Assembly: GCF_006345805.1 (NCBI RefSeq)
Contig: NC_042997.1
Span: 145,886,001 to 145,950,000 of the forward strand
Direction: 5' to 3'
Source of the DNA: Octopus sinensis
Lineage: Eukaryota
Length of the DNA: 64,000 nt
A program made the translations under genes and the position numbers. The first letter of the stretch is position 1. Every line of letters begins with the position of its first letter. Positions 25,923-40,699 of this stretch are shown in pieces. The notes under the pieces were generated by a model. The model did not search any database and was not told where the DNA came from. It saw only the letters and a program-made list of their open reading frames with translations.

Positions 25923-26099
25923 GGGGCTGGCCAGATCGGAGCAATCTCAAGATTAATCAGCCGAAATTGCGAAGATGATCCGGTTCTTGACTGAAGATAG
26001 AAGGCTTCGAATGTCCCGTCCGTGTTTTTTGTATCGTCTTCTAAATGTTTCACGTTCTTGTCCCGGTTTGTATTTTTTTTACATTACATATCTATATCT

Positions 26100-26130
<31 letters not shown>

Positions 26131-26188
26131 CATACATACATACATACATACTACATACATACACACACACCACACACACACACACATG

Positions 26189-26219
<31 letters not shown>

Positions 26220-26394
26220 TATATATATAGTTTTTAATGTGTTAGTCAATAAGTTTTTGTTTAGATGGAATACCAAAAATACGGTCCACGGGCCGGAAAT
26301 CCCCACAACAATGTTTTACTCGAACCCTGACTCAATTTTATTAAAATATTAATATAATTACTATTATTTTTATTTTGAATTTTGAAATATCACT

Positions 26395-26722
26395 AGTTCG
26401 GTTGTGTGGCTAAGAAGCTTCCTTTGCCGTCCCTTGTTCTCGGGTGCAGACCTACTGCACAGCACCTTAGGCAAGTGCCTTTTACTACAATGCTGGACCG
26501 ACCAGACTCTGTAAGTGAATTTGATAGATAAAAACTGTGTGGAAGCCCGCTGTAAATGTATATAGGTATGCACGTGTCTTTGGAATTGTCTGTATTCCCC
26601 TCACACACTATAACAACAGGTTTTAAAAGCAAGTACTAGTGTAGATTTGCTCGATTGTACGCTTCAAAACGGTGCCCAGTGTATTCGCAGTGCAACAACT
26701 GAAACATGCAAAAGAAAAAACA
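26395..26722 (+). mobile_element. Family B SINE, diverged
   Basis: Seen: ttgtgtggctaagaagcttcc...ggcaagtg...gatttgctcga...gaaaca. Confidence 0.7.
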
Positions 26723-27096
26723 CGAATGATAGCATTTGCTCAGAATTAGAACCCGGATAGAATTGTAACACTAGTTCCGATTAGTCAAATCAGTGTACCT
26801 TAACAGATCTTTTGTCATCTCAGCCACTGAAAAAGAAGCTTATATATCCATCTGCAAAAAGATGAACTCTTGCCCCACCTTGCAAGCGGAAGTTGTTGAT
26901 CGTTTTGTTTTTGTTTTTATTCTTAGATTTAAACACCAGTTCGGCCGAATCGTTTCTGCTGATAGGAAAAGTATTGAGTGCTTTTGCGGTTGCAGCTGAG
27001 AGTGCTTTCTATCAAACTATGGTCTCCTTAAATACTGTAAATATACATTTAGACATCTTCGTTCTCTCTCAAAGGACTCGTACTTAGCAGGACTAC

Positions 27097-27196
<100 letters not shown>

Positions 27197-27415
27197 TGTG
27201 TGTGTGTATACGAGTGAGTGAACACACGAAATAAAAGCACTCAATAATTTATTGGGAGTTACATGTATGGATCTAAATAGTTTGACTCAAATTCGTTGGT
27301 ACTCTTGAGTTTCAAGCGTGATGCTCTTTGTCAGCCATTTTAAATTTGAATTTGAATGACAGAAGTTGATTGTTATTACCGTAAGGTGGGCTTCAGTATT
27401 ACAATCCATTATATA

Positions 27416-28327
27416 CCAGGGCGTACCCAAAGGAAGCTGAAATTTTGCAATATTATTTTATTCACATAGTTTTACATTTTTACACTTTTATCGCCTGCAA
27501 AGTTTTCTCCATTTGAAGCAATGCATCGGTCCAGACGTGTTTCCACTGTTCCAAGCAGTGCTGGAACTCTTGGAAAGTGATGCTTCTTAACGCCTCCGTC
27601 ATGTTTTGTTTTCACCATTATCATATCTGCAAATTTCATTGCACCAGCTTTCGTTGCCGGTCATGACCTCCGAAAAAAGGTCCGAATCAACTTCCAACTG
27701 CTCTTTCAGTTCACGACACGTATTTACTTGTGACTGTTTTTGATCTTCCGTGAGCAAGTGAGGCACAAATTTTGCTGCAACTCTTTTCGTATGCAATTCC
27801 TCGTTCAAAACTTGCTGGCAGGAGCTACAGAACACAGCAGTCATATCAACAAGTTCTTCAATTGTTCGGTAGTGGTCCTTCAAGATCAGTTCATGAATTT
27901 TCGTGATGTTTTCATTCGTTCGGGAGGTCGGCGGTCGCCCTAAACGAGGTGGCTCCTCAAGCGACAAGTGACCATTTCTAAAACGTGAAAACCACTCGTA
28001 AATTTGTGTTTTGCTCATGGTAGCGGTTTTGTAAGCTGTTTGAAGCATGACAACTGTTTCGGCTGCTGTTTTCCTCTGCAGAAAACAGAATTTCACGGAA
28101 GCATACTATTCCTTCGTTTCAGCCATCGCAAAAATCGATGAAGAGGGAAGAAGCACAGCAACACAAAGACGCACCTTGTGGAAGTAGATTATACTGGACA
28201 ACGCCGGTCAGCAGACAGAAGCTTGGGGGGGGGGGGTCATATCAAGTGGCTCCTAGCAGCGGAAGCCTGAACTACAACGGGCTTGACCCACAGAGAACGT
28301 TTCCGGTTACTTTTGGGTACCCCCGGG
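27416..28327 (-). mobile_element. Internally deleted mariner transposon
   Basis: Seen: ORF 27599-28096 with HTH-region and AAKFVPHLLT/TGNESW motifs that jumps straight to the C-terminal RLDRCIASNGENF region; TIRs ccagggcgtacccaaaggaagc / gttacttttgggtacccccggg with TA on both sides. Confidence 0.9.
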
Positions 28328-28570
28328 TAGTTGTTGTAGATGTAGTGATGTGAGATACATATTAGAGTATAAAATTCTGAAAATTTTGCTTGCAGAATTT
28401 TTATATAATAAATATATACAATATTATTTACTTTTCTGTCTAAAGAAACTCTGATAGGAAAGTTCTTACATGTTTATCCAACATGTAACAATTTTGTGAT
28501 TTCTATTAGCAAATGAAACATTTGTGATGGTGAATAAATAATATCAAATAATTTTCCAACTTCTAAAGTA

Positions 28571-28626
<56 letters not shown>

Positions 28627-28663
28627 GATATATATAATATATATATATATATACATACATATA

Positions 28664-28868
28664 GCCCACAGGGGGCTAAACACAGAGAGGACAAATAGGT
28701 TAAGTCGATTACATCGACCCCAGTGCGTAACTGGTACTTATTTAATCAACCCCGAAAGGATAAAAGGCAAAGTCCGTCTCGGCAGAATTTGAACTCAGAA
28801 CGTAGCGGCAGACGAAATACCTATTTCTTTACTACCCACAAGGGGCTAAACACAGAGAGGACAAACAA
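28664..28868 (-). mobile_element. Family A SINE headless tandem piece
   Basis: Seen: tail-body-tail arrangement joined at gacgaaatacctattt. Confidence 0.8.
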
Positions 28869-29501
28869 TATATAACAAATGAATAAGTTGTCACACATCT
28901 CTGAACACAAACTTTGCTAATAGTTGTTATCCCTTCCTTTCGTAACGTAAATATACTCCTTTATCTATTTATTTTAGCCTACATTATGGGTTAGGTTTTT
29001 TAAATATCTATCCCCTATATAATCCGTGAGTTCTAGTTATCCCAACTCGTAAACCAGGCAAGTTTCATAGCCTGGTGTCATTTGATACACAGGATGGTAA
29101 CAAATAGACTGGAAAGACGCTCTACTTTTTAAATGAAGTTAATTAAAGATAGAGGAAAAGAGCCCGCTACTTCTCAGACTGGTGAAATTGAAAAGGCTGA
29201 ATATTTTTAGGTCAACGTCTGCAGGAAAGATGTGGATCACGAAGGAATTGCAGTGTGTTGTGCCTCCGAGGTGAAATAATTTCACAGAATAAACTGATAC
29301 GGGATCTGGGAGTTGAGGAGAGAAGAGGGAAGGGTTTGAATAAGTCTTGTAGATACCTGTCTCTGAGAAGTAGAAGCTGTTGTAACAGTAATGAATATAC
29401 GTCGATGTCGACGTGAGTATTCAGTTGCTTGATCAACTGAACTAACTTTGCATTGAATTAATATTTATTTTTATTTTTTCTTGGGCCCAAGGACTCATAC
29501 C

Positions 29502-29735
29502 TATTTCTTTACTACCCACAAGGGGTTAAGCACAGAGAGGACAAACAAGGACAGACAAACGGATTAAGTCGATTATATCGACCATAGTGCGTAACTGGTA
29601 CTTCTTTAATCGGCCCCGAAAGGATGAAAGGCAAAGTCGACCTCGGCGGAATTTGAACTCAGAACGTAGCGGCAGACGAAATACCGCTAAGCATTTCGCC
29701 CGGCGTGCTAACGTTTCTGCCAGCTCGCCGCCTTA
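29502..29735 (-). mobile_element. Young full-length family A SINE with a 21-bp target-site duplication
   Basis: Seen: ttgggcccaaggactcatacc at 29481-29501 and 29736-29756. Confidence 0.92.
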
Positions 29736-32700
29736 TTGGGCCCAAGGACTCATACCGCCAGTTGCCCGGTTTCCCTGGTGGATAAGCGATTGAATTACAG
29801 CAGCCCCTCCTAACGAGACGCAGGCCCGTTGCCGGATTCAAAGCCAGCAGCCGTGAAGCAAGTGGACAAGTCGATTACATCGATTCCAGTTCTTCACAGA
29901 TACTTTGTTTTATCAACTCCGAAAAGGACGCCAGGCAAAGTTCGCCTCACCGAGGTTTGAACTCTCAGAATGCAAAGAGCCGACAGAAAGCATTTTTTCC
30001 CGCTATGCTAACTATTTTGCCTGCTCGCCGCCTTTCCATTGTAATAATAACTGACCATCACAGAAACGCGTATCTCTCTGGCAGAATATGATATATTGTA
30101 TGACAAGGCTGGATCTGTGAAATACAGGAACACTCCAACAAGCTTCCTACTTTTACTCCTAAGGTGTGAATCACGTCTAGGCTATAGTAAAAGACGCTTG
30201 CCCAAAATATCACGGAGTGAGATCGACCTCAGAACCTTAAGATTTCGAAAGAATTTCTTAATTATTCATTATTACTGCATCGGTGGAACCAGTTGTCGTA
30301 CTGAAATAGTATGTCCCTGTGAACGAACTGCTGAGCCTCAGCTTTTACCAGGGTTGAATAAATCTATAATCGAAAGTCAATTTTCCTATGACAATAATGA
30401 TTTTTATTGCGTTATGTTGGACTACATTATCAAATGTGTCATTTCTATTCCAAGATGGTAGTAATTGCTTTGAGGAAAATTTGTCTATACAACCAGCAGC
30501 TCGAGCGACAACACTGAGGTCACCTTGTTGGATTCGGAGCTAGTTAGTTGTGTTGGTGTGTAGATCATTAGCAAACAGGGGAGTAGTCTTTCTTTTCAAT
30601 TGCAATCTAGAACCTTTGTAGGTGAAGGAGCAGCATTGTTCAAGGTAAATAAGCAGTTTACCAATATACACAGAAAGAACTATCTCAAAACACAGTGCCT
30701 TAAACAGAAGGTTTTGGTTTTGTTGAGATAGTGAAGGTGGTCGTCGTGATAGTGGGTTGCTGGGGAAGCTATTTGAATACGCAATATTTCTTTAAAATCT
30801 TTTAATAGAAATGTTTGTTATATTTACACACACATACACACACACACACAAACACACACAAGAAAAAGAAAACATTTATGATGAGATATCCAGCTTCATT
30901 TCAAGTTTATTTCTACACTAGATAATGTGGTCATTTCTTTCTCTAAACTTACAAAATTACTGAAAAATCAACTAAAACGTTAATATTGTAACCAAGTCAA
31001 AATAGAGGACTGAGTAATTATAATAGAAATTCAGCTCACGCCAGCGTAACTGCTAAAGTAAACATAAGATAAAATCTGGTATTATTCTTACGGCAAGGTC
31101 ATAAAATGGAGCGTTGTAGATTCAACAAACTCTAATAGTGTACATTACCTCATGCTTTTCAATGCGGTATTCAACTAAAAGCCTTTATGCTTTTTTGTCT
31201 AAGTCTCGCCGAGATCGAATTTGCTGTCACTCTCCCCCGTACCCATAAATTTCTTTCTACAACAGGCACATGGCCTGAAACTTTGGGGAAGGAGTCAAGT
31301 CAATTATATCGACCCCCAGTGCACAGCTGGTATTTATTTCATCGATACCCAACGAATGAAAGGCAAAGTCAATCTTGGCGGAATTTGAAAGGACGAGCGA
31401 TTTGTATCAGGTGTTACTTCAGTGTTTCGTCTACTGTATTTAATATACGCGATGTATGCTTTGTTATAATATTTCTGGGTGGTATTTGTGTTTCGTATAT
31501 GATGTGTGTTTGGTGTAACGTGAATTAAAATCAGGTGGTGATTGTTTCGAATATATGCCGTTTTTGATTGTGTTATGTTAATGGGTGGCCACTGTATAGA
31601 ATGTAATTTGGTGATATAGTGTCGGATATCAATTATAGAAAAGTATGTTATTCCATTCGGTGGGTGCTGTACAGAGCATGAGTTCTGTTATAATATTTAG
31701 TGGAGATTCTTTTAGTATGCGTGTTGTAAGGATAGGTCTTTTGTTTATTTTTTGCGTTTAATTTAGCGTATTATCTTACCGTGTTTTTCTGATTGTGGCA
31801 GGTTTAACTCTTTTAGGATCAATTCCCGAGTAACTCAATACTAGGAAGATTAAATAATTCGATCAGGTGATATCGGTGCTACTTTATTGGGTGGTGCTTT
31901 TATAGGGTATATGTTTTGTGCAGATAGGCGGTGAGTTGGCCGTGTCGTTGGCTAGAATGCACTCACAGTATTTGTTCCGACTTTCAAACGATCTGAGTTC
32001 GTAACACTAATTTCAGCTTCGTCATCTGACGTTGATTAAAAAAGTGCTTACCAAAGGTAATAGATAAGCAGAATTGTTGCAGAGTCGGGTGACATATTTT
32101 ATGGTATTTATTGTGTCTACTTGCATTTTGCCAGCAACACCTGTGGTGAAACTGGTTTCCACCCAAGTTGGTTGCCTTTACCTTAAAAAAAAAAAAAAAC
32201 CCAGATATGGCGTGAAGATATGAGAAATTGCTGGTCTTTCTCAGAACATCTGGTTGCGCCCGAATATTCATGGGTTAATGCATACTCAACATTGACCTAC
32301 GGAAGCCCAACATATCTACAGAAAGTGTACAGGCCAATCAAATTGAAATTCTTTTGCGTTAGATGCAGGATATGACTTGGACTGCGACTTTTATGATTTT
32401 GGTTATATTTTATATTTACCATTATTTTAGTGCTTCTATAATAATTGTTAATGTATTTACTTACATGCTCTACATCCTGTATATTCTTTTCAATTTCAAG
32501 ATCCATCTCTCTCAGCTAATGTTCTTATTAGGCGGGTTTGAGATGTCTGTCAGATACCTCAAACATTCAAACATTTTTGTTTCTGTCTCCGATAATGATA
32601 TCTGGATGGTTTGCTTAAAACTTATTGCCAGGCTAGATAGGCATATCCCAAACGCTTGTGAATAGGTCGTTGTACTGTAGTTGGCACATCTTCATACTAT

Positions 32701-33399
32701 TTAACCGTTTTAAAGTCAAAGTGTCGGCATATTGCCCGCTGAACACAAATACCACCCAAATAGTCTGGCAAGGACTGGGCAGTTAGTGATGATGATTTCA
32801 ATTGCCGTATTGTTCTAGTTTCATCGTCTGTATTTGATATTTGGATATTTATTTACTATTATTTGTTTTAAATCTCTGAGGGCGGATAATATTCAGAAAC
32901 CTAGGTTTGTGAGTATCACGTAAGGCTAAAGATGGGAGCGATGACCCCCACTTGCAAATGTTATACGGACACAAACTGTGTGTCGACAGCCAGCTGGAAA
33001 AGATGTTTTCCTGGAGCTAAAACAGTAACATCGACCTTTATAAGACTTCCACATTCTGTTGGCATATAAACATTACTATTTACTATTATATTTACATAAT
33101 TGTTCCTGGCTGGGCATTCGTACTGTGAAATTAAACTCAGGCTTCAGTGTCTGCCGTTACCTCAGAAACATTTTGAGTAATTATATAATCTTTAGTTTCT
33201 GTCGAGTATTCATGAATATCGGTCTTGGAATAGTTTTCCTTTTTGTTTTTGCCTCTCCAGTAGACGTTGGAGTCCCATTACAATTTTTGTCTTTTGTTGC
33301 CAAATATTTCTGTTCTTTTTTCCATTATTTAAATCTTTTCATCGGTGTAGCCAGATTTTATTTTATTTCTATTTTATCATTTCTTCGCACGCACACACA

Positions 33400-33450
<51 letters not shown>

Positions 33451-33541
33451 CACACACACACACACTCACACACACATACACACACACAACACACACACAC
33501 ACACAACACACACACACACACCACACACACACACACACACA

Positions 33542-33596
<55 letters not shown>

Positions 33597-34869
33597 GTTA
33601 TGTGTAAAACCGAGGAGTGATAACAACCAAATTTACAATCCAAAAGTTCGTGTTGATTTCATTCTATAAGCGCATTATCAAAGTCACAGAGATCAGCGTG
33701 CCGCTTCATAGCAATCAGGTCAGAGCGGAAGATATGGTAGTAAAAAAGCCGTAAGAATCAAAGCAACAACAACAGTAGCAGCAACGACAACAACAATCAC
33801 AATAATTACTGACTCGGCATGAGAAATATGGACCCAAATGATATAAAAAAAAGAAAACAAATGAAGGACATAATGTTATAAAGACATCTCGTATGTGCAC
33901 CAGATGTTACATGTGATTGTTGCACAGAACATGCATTGTTGAAATAATAGGAAATGATATACATGAACAAAACTGAAATGAGAATAAGAAACAAACAAAG
34001 CCATGACGGAATGAACTTATAAATGCATATTAAAAAATGGTAGAACTTAATTAGAAACAGGTCCATCCCAGAGTAGAAGAGAGTCCTTAAAGATCTTGAT
34101 AACATACATGAGATTTTTCTTTTTCTAAAAATGCAAAGGATATGACTAGTAGTCGAGACAGCAAGCTCAAATAGTGCATCTTTTGCAGAATTGACAATCT
34201 AAAGGTTTTTTTCTGCACCACAGAGAACCAAAAGGGAGACGAGCGTATCTCTGTTTTGCACCGTTGTTTACATGCAACCTCACGACAGCAGCAACTAAAG
34301 CCACGATAACAGCTGTGACATTAGCGGCAAATACAACAACAATTGCAGTACTTTGTTAGAGGATAAGGATATTTGTAGATTCTGGTTAGCAATAAAAACC
34401 AGCCATGGATAACATAGTTAATCAGAAATAAGACACCCGATGACGGTCCAGCGATCAAAACGACTGAAACTTAGTACGCCTGCGATCTAAATGTTTTAAG
34501 TATACATAGAATCCAGGGAAAATTCATCTTCAGAACAAGACTCATTTAGATGATAAAGAGTAAATTAGTGAAGGAAATTAGTCGGCAATTAGTCAAAAGT
34601 TGACGGCAATTAGTCAAAAGTTGTATTAATTTGTATGCCGTGAGAAAGAAGAGATAAGTATCACATAAAATAAGAATAAAAATAAATAGATAAATAAATC
34701 AAGTTACACGTTTGTGCTTCAGAGTAAAACTAATGAACATTTCTAGCTAATGAAGGACCAATAACTGGTCGATTGATTTGCTAAAAATAGCTGGCATATT
34801 TCCCTCAAACCACTCGCTATCATCTTCAGAATGATGAAATATTTGTGTTTTCCCAAGGGAAGCCACAAA

Positions 34870-34911
<42 letters not shown>

Positions 34912-36475
34912 TTGATTAGGAGTTGAAGATCGACTGAGTTGGCAGTTGACAGAAAGAAAGAAAGAAAGAAAGAAAGGGAATGGTGTTAGAAGCAAAGAAA
35001 TGAAGCAATAAAGAAGATAGAAAGAGAAAAAAATGAGAAAAAGACAAAGAAATAAAACAAGAGATAGAATTATATGGAAGGATGATTTTATTAAAGAGAA
35101 ATAAAAGATAAAAAAAGAAAATTATGGTATAAACTATCGATAGATTCATAAAAGTTCCTATATTAGTAACGTATGTAAATGAAACTGTGTAAATGTAAAT
35201 GTGTAAGAATCCATGGATTATTCTAGAGGAATGAGCTTATAAGATGGCTATGTGATTTATTTACAAAGTAATCATTACAAGATAAAAATTAGAAAGAGAT
35301 GAAAAAATAGAATGATAAAATCATATGAAATTGAATAGAATTTGGTGTGAAATATGTTGGAATATAAAATATAATTATAGAATTATAGAAAGTTATGAAC
35401 ATTTATCGCGTGCAAAACATTTATAACAAGTAGGCCAAGGGAAGTCCGTTTATCCTGTATATTCTTATGACAAGTATAATTACTGCAATTAAATAATTAA
35501 AAAAGAGTAGTACTTCGTAATTCGTCAGTAGAAAACGTGATTGCCGTTGTCTTCAAAATTATACAAGTCCGAAATTTCTGTTCTCATTATTTCCGTGATG
35601 GAACAAGATTATTCGTTTCCCAGAGCTGCATAAATAACTGAAGTTGTATGGTTCAGTGTTATTCAGAAACACGATTTCCTGCTGAAATTGTGTTCATCTT
35701 TCAAATACCAAATATATTTTGACAAAATAGTGTATACATGTCAAACAAGGTTTCCTGAAAGTGAACGAATCATATGTGTCATACATTAGTTTAAATGGCT
35801 TCACCGTTAAAGTGATACAATAAATTTACAAGCGAGTTTCTAGGAAAATAAACTGTAGAGGCTTAAAGGATAGTAGTCACAGATGAATGAGTGACGTAAA
35901 ACGATAGATTTCTTTTGTTATAACTAATGTACGAATGTATGTCACTTTGGTGGCTTTTCGTCTATTTAACACACGCTTTCTCTCTCTCTCTTTATCTATT
36001 TATCTATCTCTAACTTATTGCGTGGCATCGTGGGCAAATATTCATTTACTATAGCTTGGAGTCGGCATAATCTGCAAGAGAAATTATGCGATAGAAACTG
36101 TATAAAAGCATACCATTCTACTGGAAACTTCTCTTTCTCTTCACTGTTGAGTGCTTATCTAACACATGAAATACTGAGCTCTCAAAAGTTGAAGTTTCAT
36201 ATGTGCATTTATTCTCATATTTGTATGCAGAGATTTTGTGTTTATTTCTGTATTGAACTGGTTTAAACTTTTGGCATTAGGCCAGCAATTTCATGGGAAG
36301 TGTAAAAATTGATTACATCGAACCTAGGGCGCGACTCGTACTTATTTTATCGATAAAAGTTTTATCTTGATAAAAGTTATTTTTCAAAAAATTGTCTGGA
36401 TTTATTATCATCGTCATCATCATTGTCTAGTGAGAGAGATTGTGTGTGTGTTTTTTTGTGTGTGTGTAAGTGACA

Positions 36476-36523
<48 letters not shown>

Positions 36524-36730
36524 GGTAGATAGATAGATAAATAGAAAAATAGATAGAAAGAGTTTTACTTCTCTAACATTCCTCTGATGTGAATATTATA
36601 AAAGTAAATTCACTTTGTGACAGCCACTATTTAAAATTAACGATAATGTATAAAAACTAGAAAATATTTCAATCTAAATTATAATTAATTTTGTTTATTT
36701 TTAATTTTTACCTATGTGTGTTCATTAGGG

Positions 36731-36781
<51 letters not shown>

Positions 36782-37224
36782 GATAAAATTTTTCGAAAAA
36801 ATTTCTATCGATAGCTAGCATATTAAAAAGTACCTTTAAAGGTTAAATTTATGAACAACTTATAAACAAGGGCAAAAAAGAAAAAATTCTAATCGACGAT
36901 TTAAGTCGATTTTCGGCATATTTGGCATTAGAATGTTTTTCTTTTGCCCTTGTTTATAAGTTATATATATATAATATATATATCTATATATATATATATA
37001 TATACATATATGTGTGTATATTAGTGTGTAAAATATATATACACACACACACACATATATATATATATATGTTATATATACCTATGTAAAATATATATAT
37101 ACTTATGTATATATTATAAATATTCTATATTTTATACGCATGTACGTATGTATGTTGAACTATCTATGATGTTTTACTTTGCATGCAATACCCTTCATCT
37201 TTTATCATATAATTTTTTTATCCT

Positions 37225-37385
37225 TGGATCACGGCAATGCTGGAGCAGAGCGTTGAAGCGTTTTTAGTCGAAGAAAATCGGTTCTTATTCATTGGTCTCT
37301 TGCTGAACCGCTAGTTTCGGGGATGCAAACAAGCCAATATCGGTTTTCAAGCGCTGGTGGGGGTGGGGAAACAAACAGAAACACA
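37225..37385 (-). mobile_element. Family B SINE, 3' fragment
   Basis: Seen: ggcaatgctggagca...gaaccgctagtttcggggatgcaaaca. Confidence 0.6.
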
Positions 37386-38012
37386 CATATCTAGGCTCGT
37401 GCGTGCATGCGCCCCCCCCCACACTCACGCACAAAATTTGCGCAGCTGGACTGAAGTTAAATTCACGTACTTCTAAAGCGAGCTTTTGAACCAGCCACGA
37501 CTCCGACAACGTTAGAGTAATATTTTTAAAATAAGGTATTTAATGTAAATTCAAAATAAACATAAATTTTCTAATGTTCCCTTTTAATTTTTTTTACTAT
37601 ATGTGGGGGCAGAAATTTGCTTGTGCGCAATTTTTGTTTTTCTTGCAAAATATGTACAATACTATGCAATTTAACATCATTCGAATATCTTCTATTAAAA
37701 TTATTCAGTTTTATTTTGAAAAACTTACATGCGCATATTTTTTTCGTTTGCACGACAGTTATAAATCATATGCATGTGCAGAAGCAAACGGCTGGAAGGA
37801 AAACTGCTGAGAAATTCAAAAGAAAATAAAAACAGAAATATTCTAAGCCAGATATTGGTCTTTTAGAAATGTGGAAAATATATCCTAAATTATAACAAAT
37901 TTGATGTTTCTGTTAATGAATATTTGAGTATTAGTATAGACATTCAGATATAACACAAGCCTAATTCCATCTCTTAGCTCTTTTAAGAAAACATAACACT
38001 ACGTTATTTATA

Positions 38013-39207
38013 ATAATACTACGTTCAGTCAAAAGTTTTTTCGGATTTTCACTGATGATTTTTGCGGAGTTGTATATTCATGTTATACCATTAACGTGAG
38101 ACAGTTTGTTTTCTAATCGTTGCTAAATGGTTTATTTTTTACTTTCGTAAAGGATATATAGACATTGATGGCTTATTCTTTATTTTACAGCTTTGGTAAT
38201 CAGTGGTGAAAAAAATGCAATTAGAGCCATTATGGAAAAACAAAACGTATTGATTGCAAGGCCAGCAGCTAAAGAAATTAATGAAGTAAATCGCCTAGTA
38301 AGTGTCAATCGCCTAGTAAGTGGTACTAAAATGGTTCAAGGAAGGTGACGCCAGTTTTGAAAACAAAAGATCAAGGAGACCTTCTGTTGTGGAAGATGAG
38401 GCTTTGTTTGAAATGGTTGAATAACAATCAAGCACTCGTACATTGTCGGCATAACTTGGCCCTTCACAAAATAGCATCTATCAACACCCCCATAAACTCG
38501 GCCTTGTGAACAGACGTTGTCGAGAAGCTCCTAATTAACTGACCAATGGTCAGACTTGACGTGTGAATATTTCCAAACAGCTGCTCGTAAATCCTCGAGA
38601 TATCCGGTTTTTTTGGGCGTCGAATTGTTACTGAGTATGAAAAAAGATCTACTTTCGTAATCCTAATTAGAGAAATCAGTAGCTTCGTTCATGCCAGGCT
38701 TTAGAACCTGCCTACAAGCAAGAGCTGTTTGAACAGAAGGTCATGTGTGTTTGGTGGAATTTCGAGGGGGCGTTGTACTTTGAGCTTATTCTAGATGATC
38801 ATATTATGGATGCTAACATTTTTGCTCAACAATTACAGTGAGTATATGATGCTTTGAAAGCTTACTACGCAATGCTGGCCCATCGAAGACGCGCGTCAGT
38901 GCCCAAGCACATACTTCCAATGTGATCGACGCAAACTTGAGGAATTTGAAGCGCTGGCACTGTTGCCTCACTTACCTACAGTGCAGACGTTGCCCTATAG
39001 ATCACAGTCTTTTCCGTATCATGGAGGTTCAACAATGTGTATGAGATTGAAAATAGGTGCACGGAGATTTTTGACTCTAAGCCAGTCATATGTTTCAAGC
39101 GGGGAATTGAGCTTCTGGCACAACGATAGCAACAGACAATAGAATATGATGGGATATATTTTGACGAATAAACATTTTTCGTATGCAATTTGTCTGAACT
39201 ATTATTT
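38013..39207 (+). mobile_element. Decayed mariner transposon
   Basis: Seen: broken frames containing RRPSVVEDEAL, KVMCVWWNFEG and HLPYSADVAL (the YSPDLAP-type motif); weak terminal similarity only. Confidence 0.8.
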
Positions 39208-40396
39208 AAAGGATGAAATATAGTAACACAATTTAACTCAGCCGGCTATATGACTAGAAGAGCTCTATCCACCGTCAATGATTGTCTATGTAACACATGA
39301 AACTTTATATACGTGACACATAAATGTCTTCAGCCTGACACTGTTATCTTAATCAGTGTACATGTTGTTTCCAGTGTATTTAATGCTTAACTTTACATAC
39401 GTCTACATATATACACACATACACATACATATAAGTGTGCTGTTAAACTGTACTTGAGCCAATATCATTTATATGTAATAATATTAAGATAAATTTCAGT
39501 ATGAGGCCACGCAAGTTTTGTGTTACATAGACAATCAATCATGGGGGAATATAGACCTCATTCATACATATTTGATTTACGGTGTTACGTACTTTCTATA
39601 AAAGGCACGGAAAGTAATAAAACCAGAATGACTTTCAAAATGCACTAAATACATATGCTTCACGACAGCAGTATAAGTGATTTTCAACTTCGTTGAACTA
39701 TCAGTATTTCCATTACACAAGTTAATCAGCCCTAATACCAGATACTTGTGAGTCGGGATATCGTTCCACACAGAATCAAGGCATGGCTTTCTAAATCTCT
39801 TGGAGGATTTATATAAGGAAATTAACATTAAGATTGATTGAGTTCGAGTGTAGAAGAATTTAAAAGTTTCATAAACTTTACTATATGGTGTTGATATATG
39901 AAAAATAAAGTTATTATCAAAGTGCATGTTTTGAGATATAGCTAATTGAAAACTAATAGCTAAATATTCTGGGAGCACAACAAGTTATTTGCAAATTTAC
40001 TAAAATAAATAACATTATGAGAGAGCAAATATACTTGCGCCCGCACACAGACATGCAAACAAATACGCATAAATATAGACAAAAGAAAAAGAGAGGCAGA
40101 CGACGCAAAGAAAGAGAATATAAAGAACACACTAACACACGGAAACATACACATGCACGCACACACACACACACACACACACATATACATATACGCATAT
40201 GTATATATGCATTTATATACGTATAAGAGAAATGTACGGCGTGTCATGTTAATACAGACGGATGTTTTAGTCTCGCTGTGAAAAATAAACACTGTGGTTA
40301 GCCACACATGTTTTTTCTGTCTGTGGCCAGAAGGAGTTCGACATGACTAGGTTCAGCTTTTGTAAGGGAGCCAGCCATTACTTGCGAAAACTATAA

Positions 40397-40473
<77 letters not shown>

Positions 40474-40474
40474 G

Positions 40475-40507
<33 letters not shown>

Positions 40508-40552
40508 GCATACGCACACAGACACGCACACGCGCGCGCGCGCGCGCACACA

Positions 40553-40599
<47 letters not shown>

Positions 40600-40699
40600 T
40601 TTAGCATGTTGGACAAAATGTTTAGTAGCATTTTTATACAGGGCACGGGGAATAAATGGTCGTCTAAATTTCGCAAGAATGAGAATAACATTGACTTCT

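Noticed and set aside
25925-26030. Hammerhead-like CTGAAGA...GAAT motif (related copy 47545-47640)
   Set aside because: GAAA is GAAT in both copies, and I could not build consistent stems.
32290-32900. Penelope GIY-YIG endonuclease relic on the minus strand
   Set aside because: Only a weak ERWILKLK resemblance amid many stops; needs a profile search.
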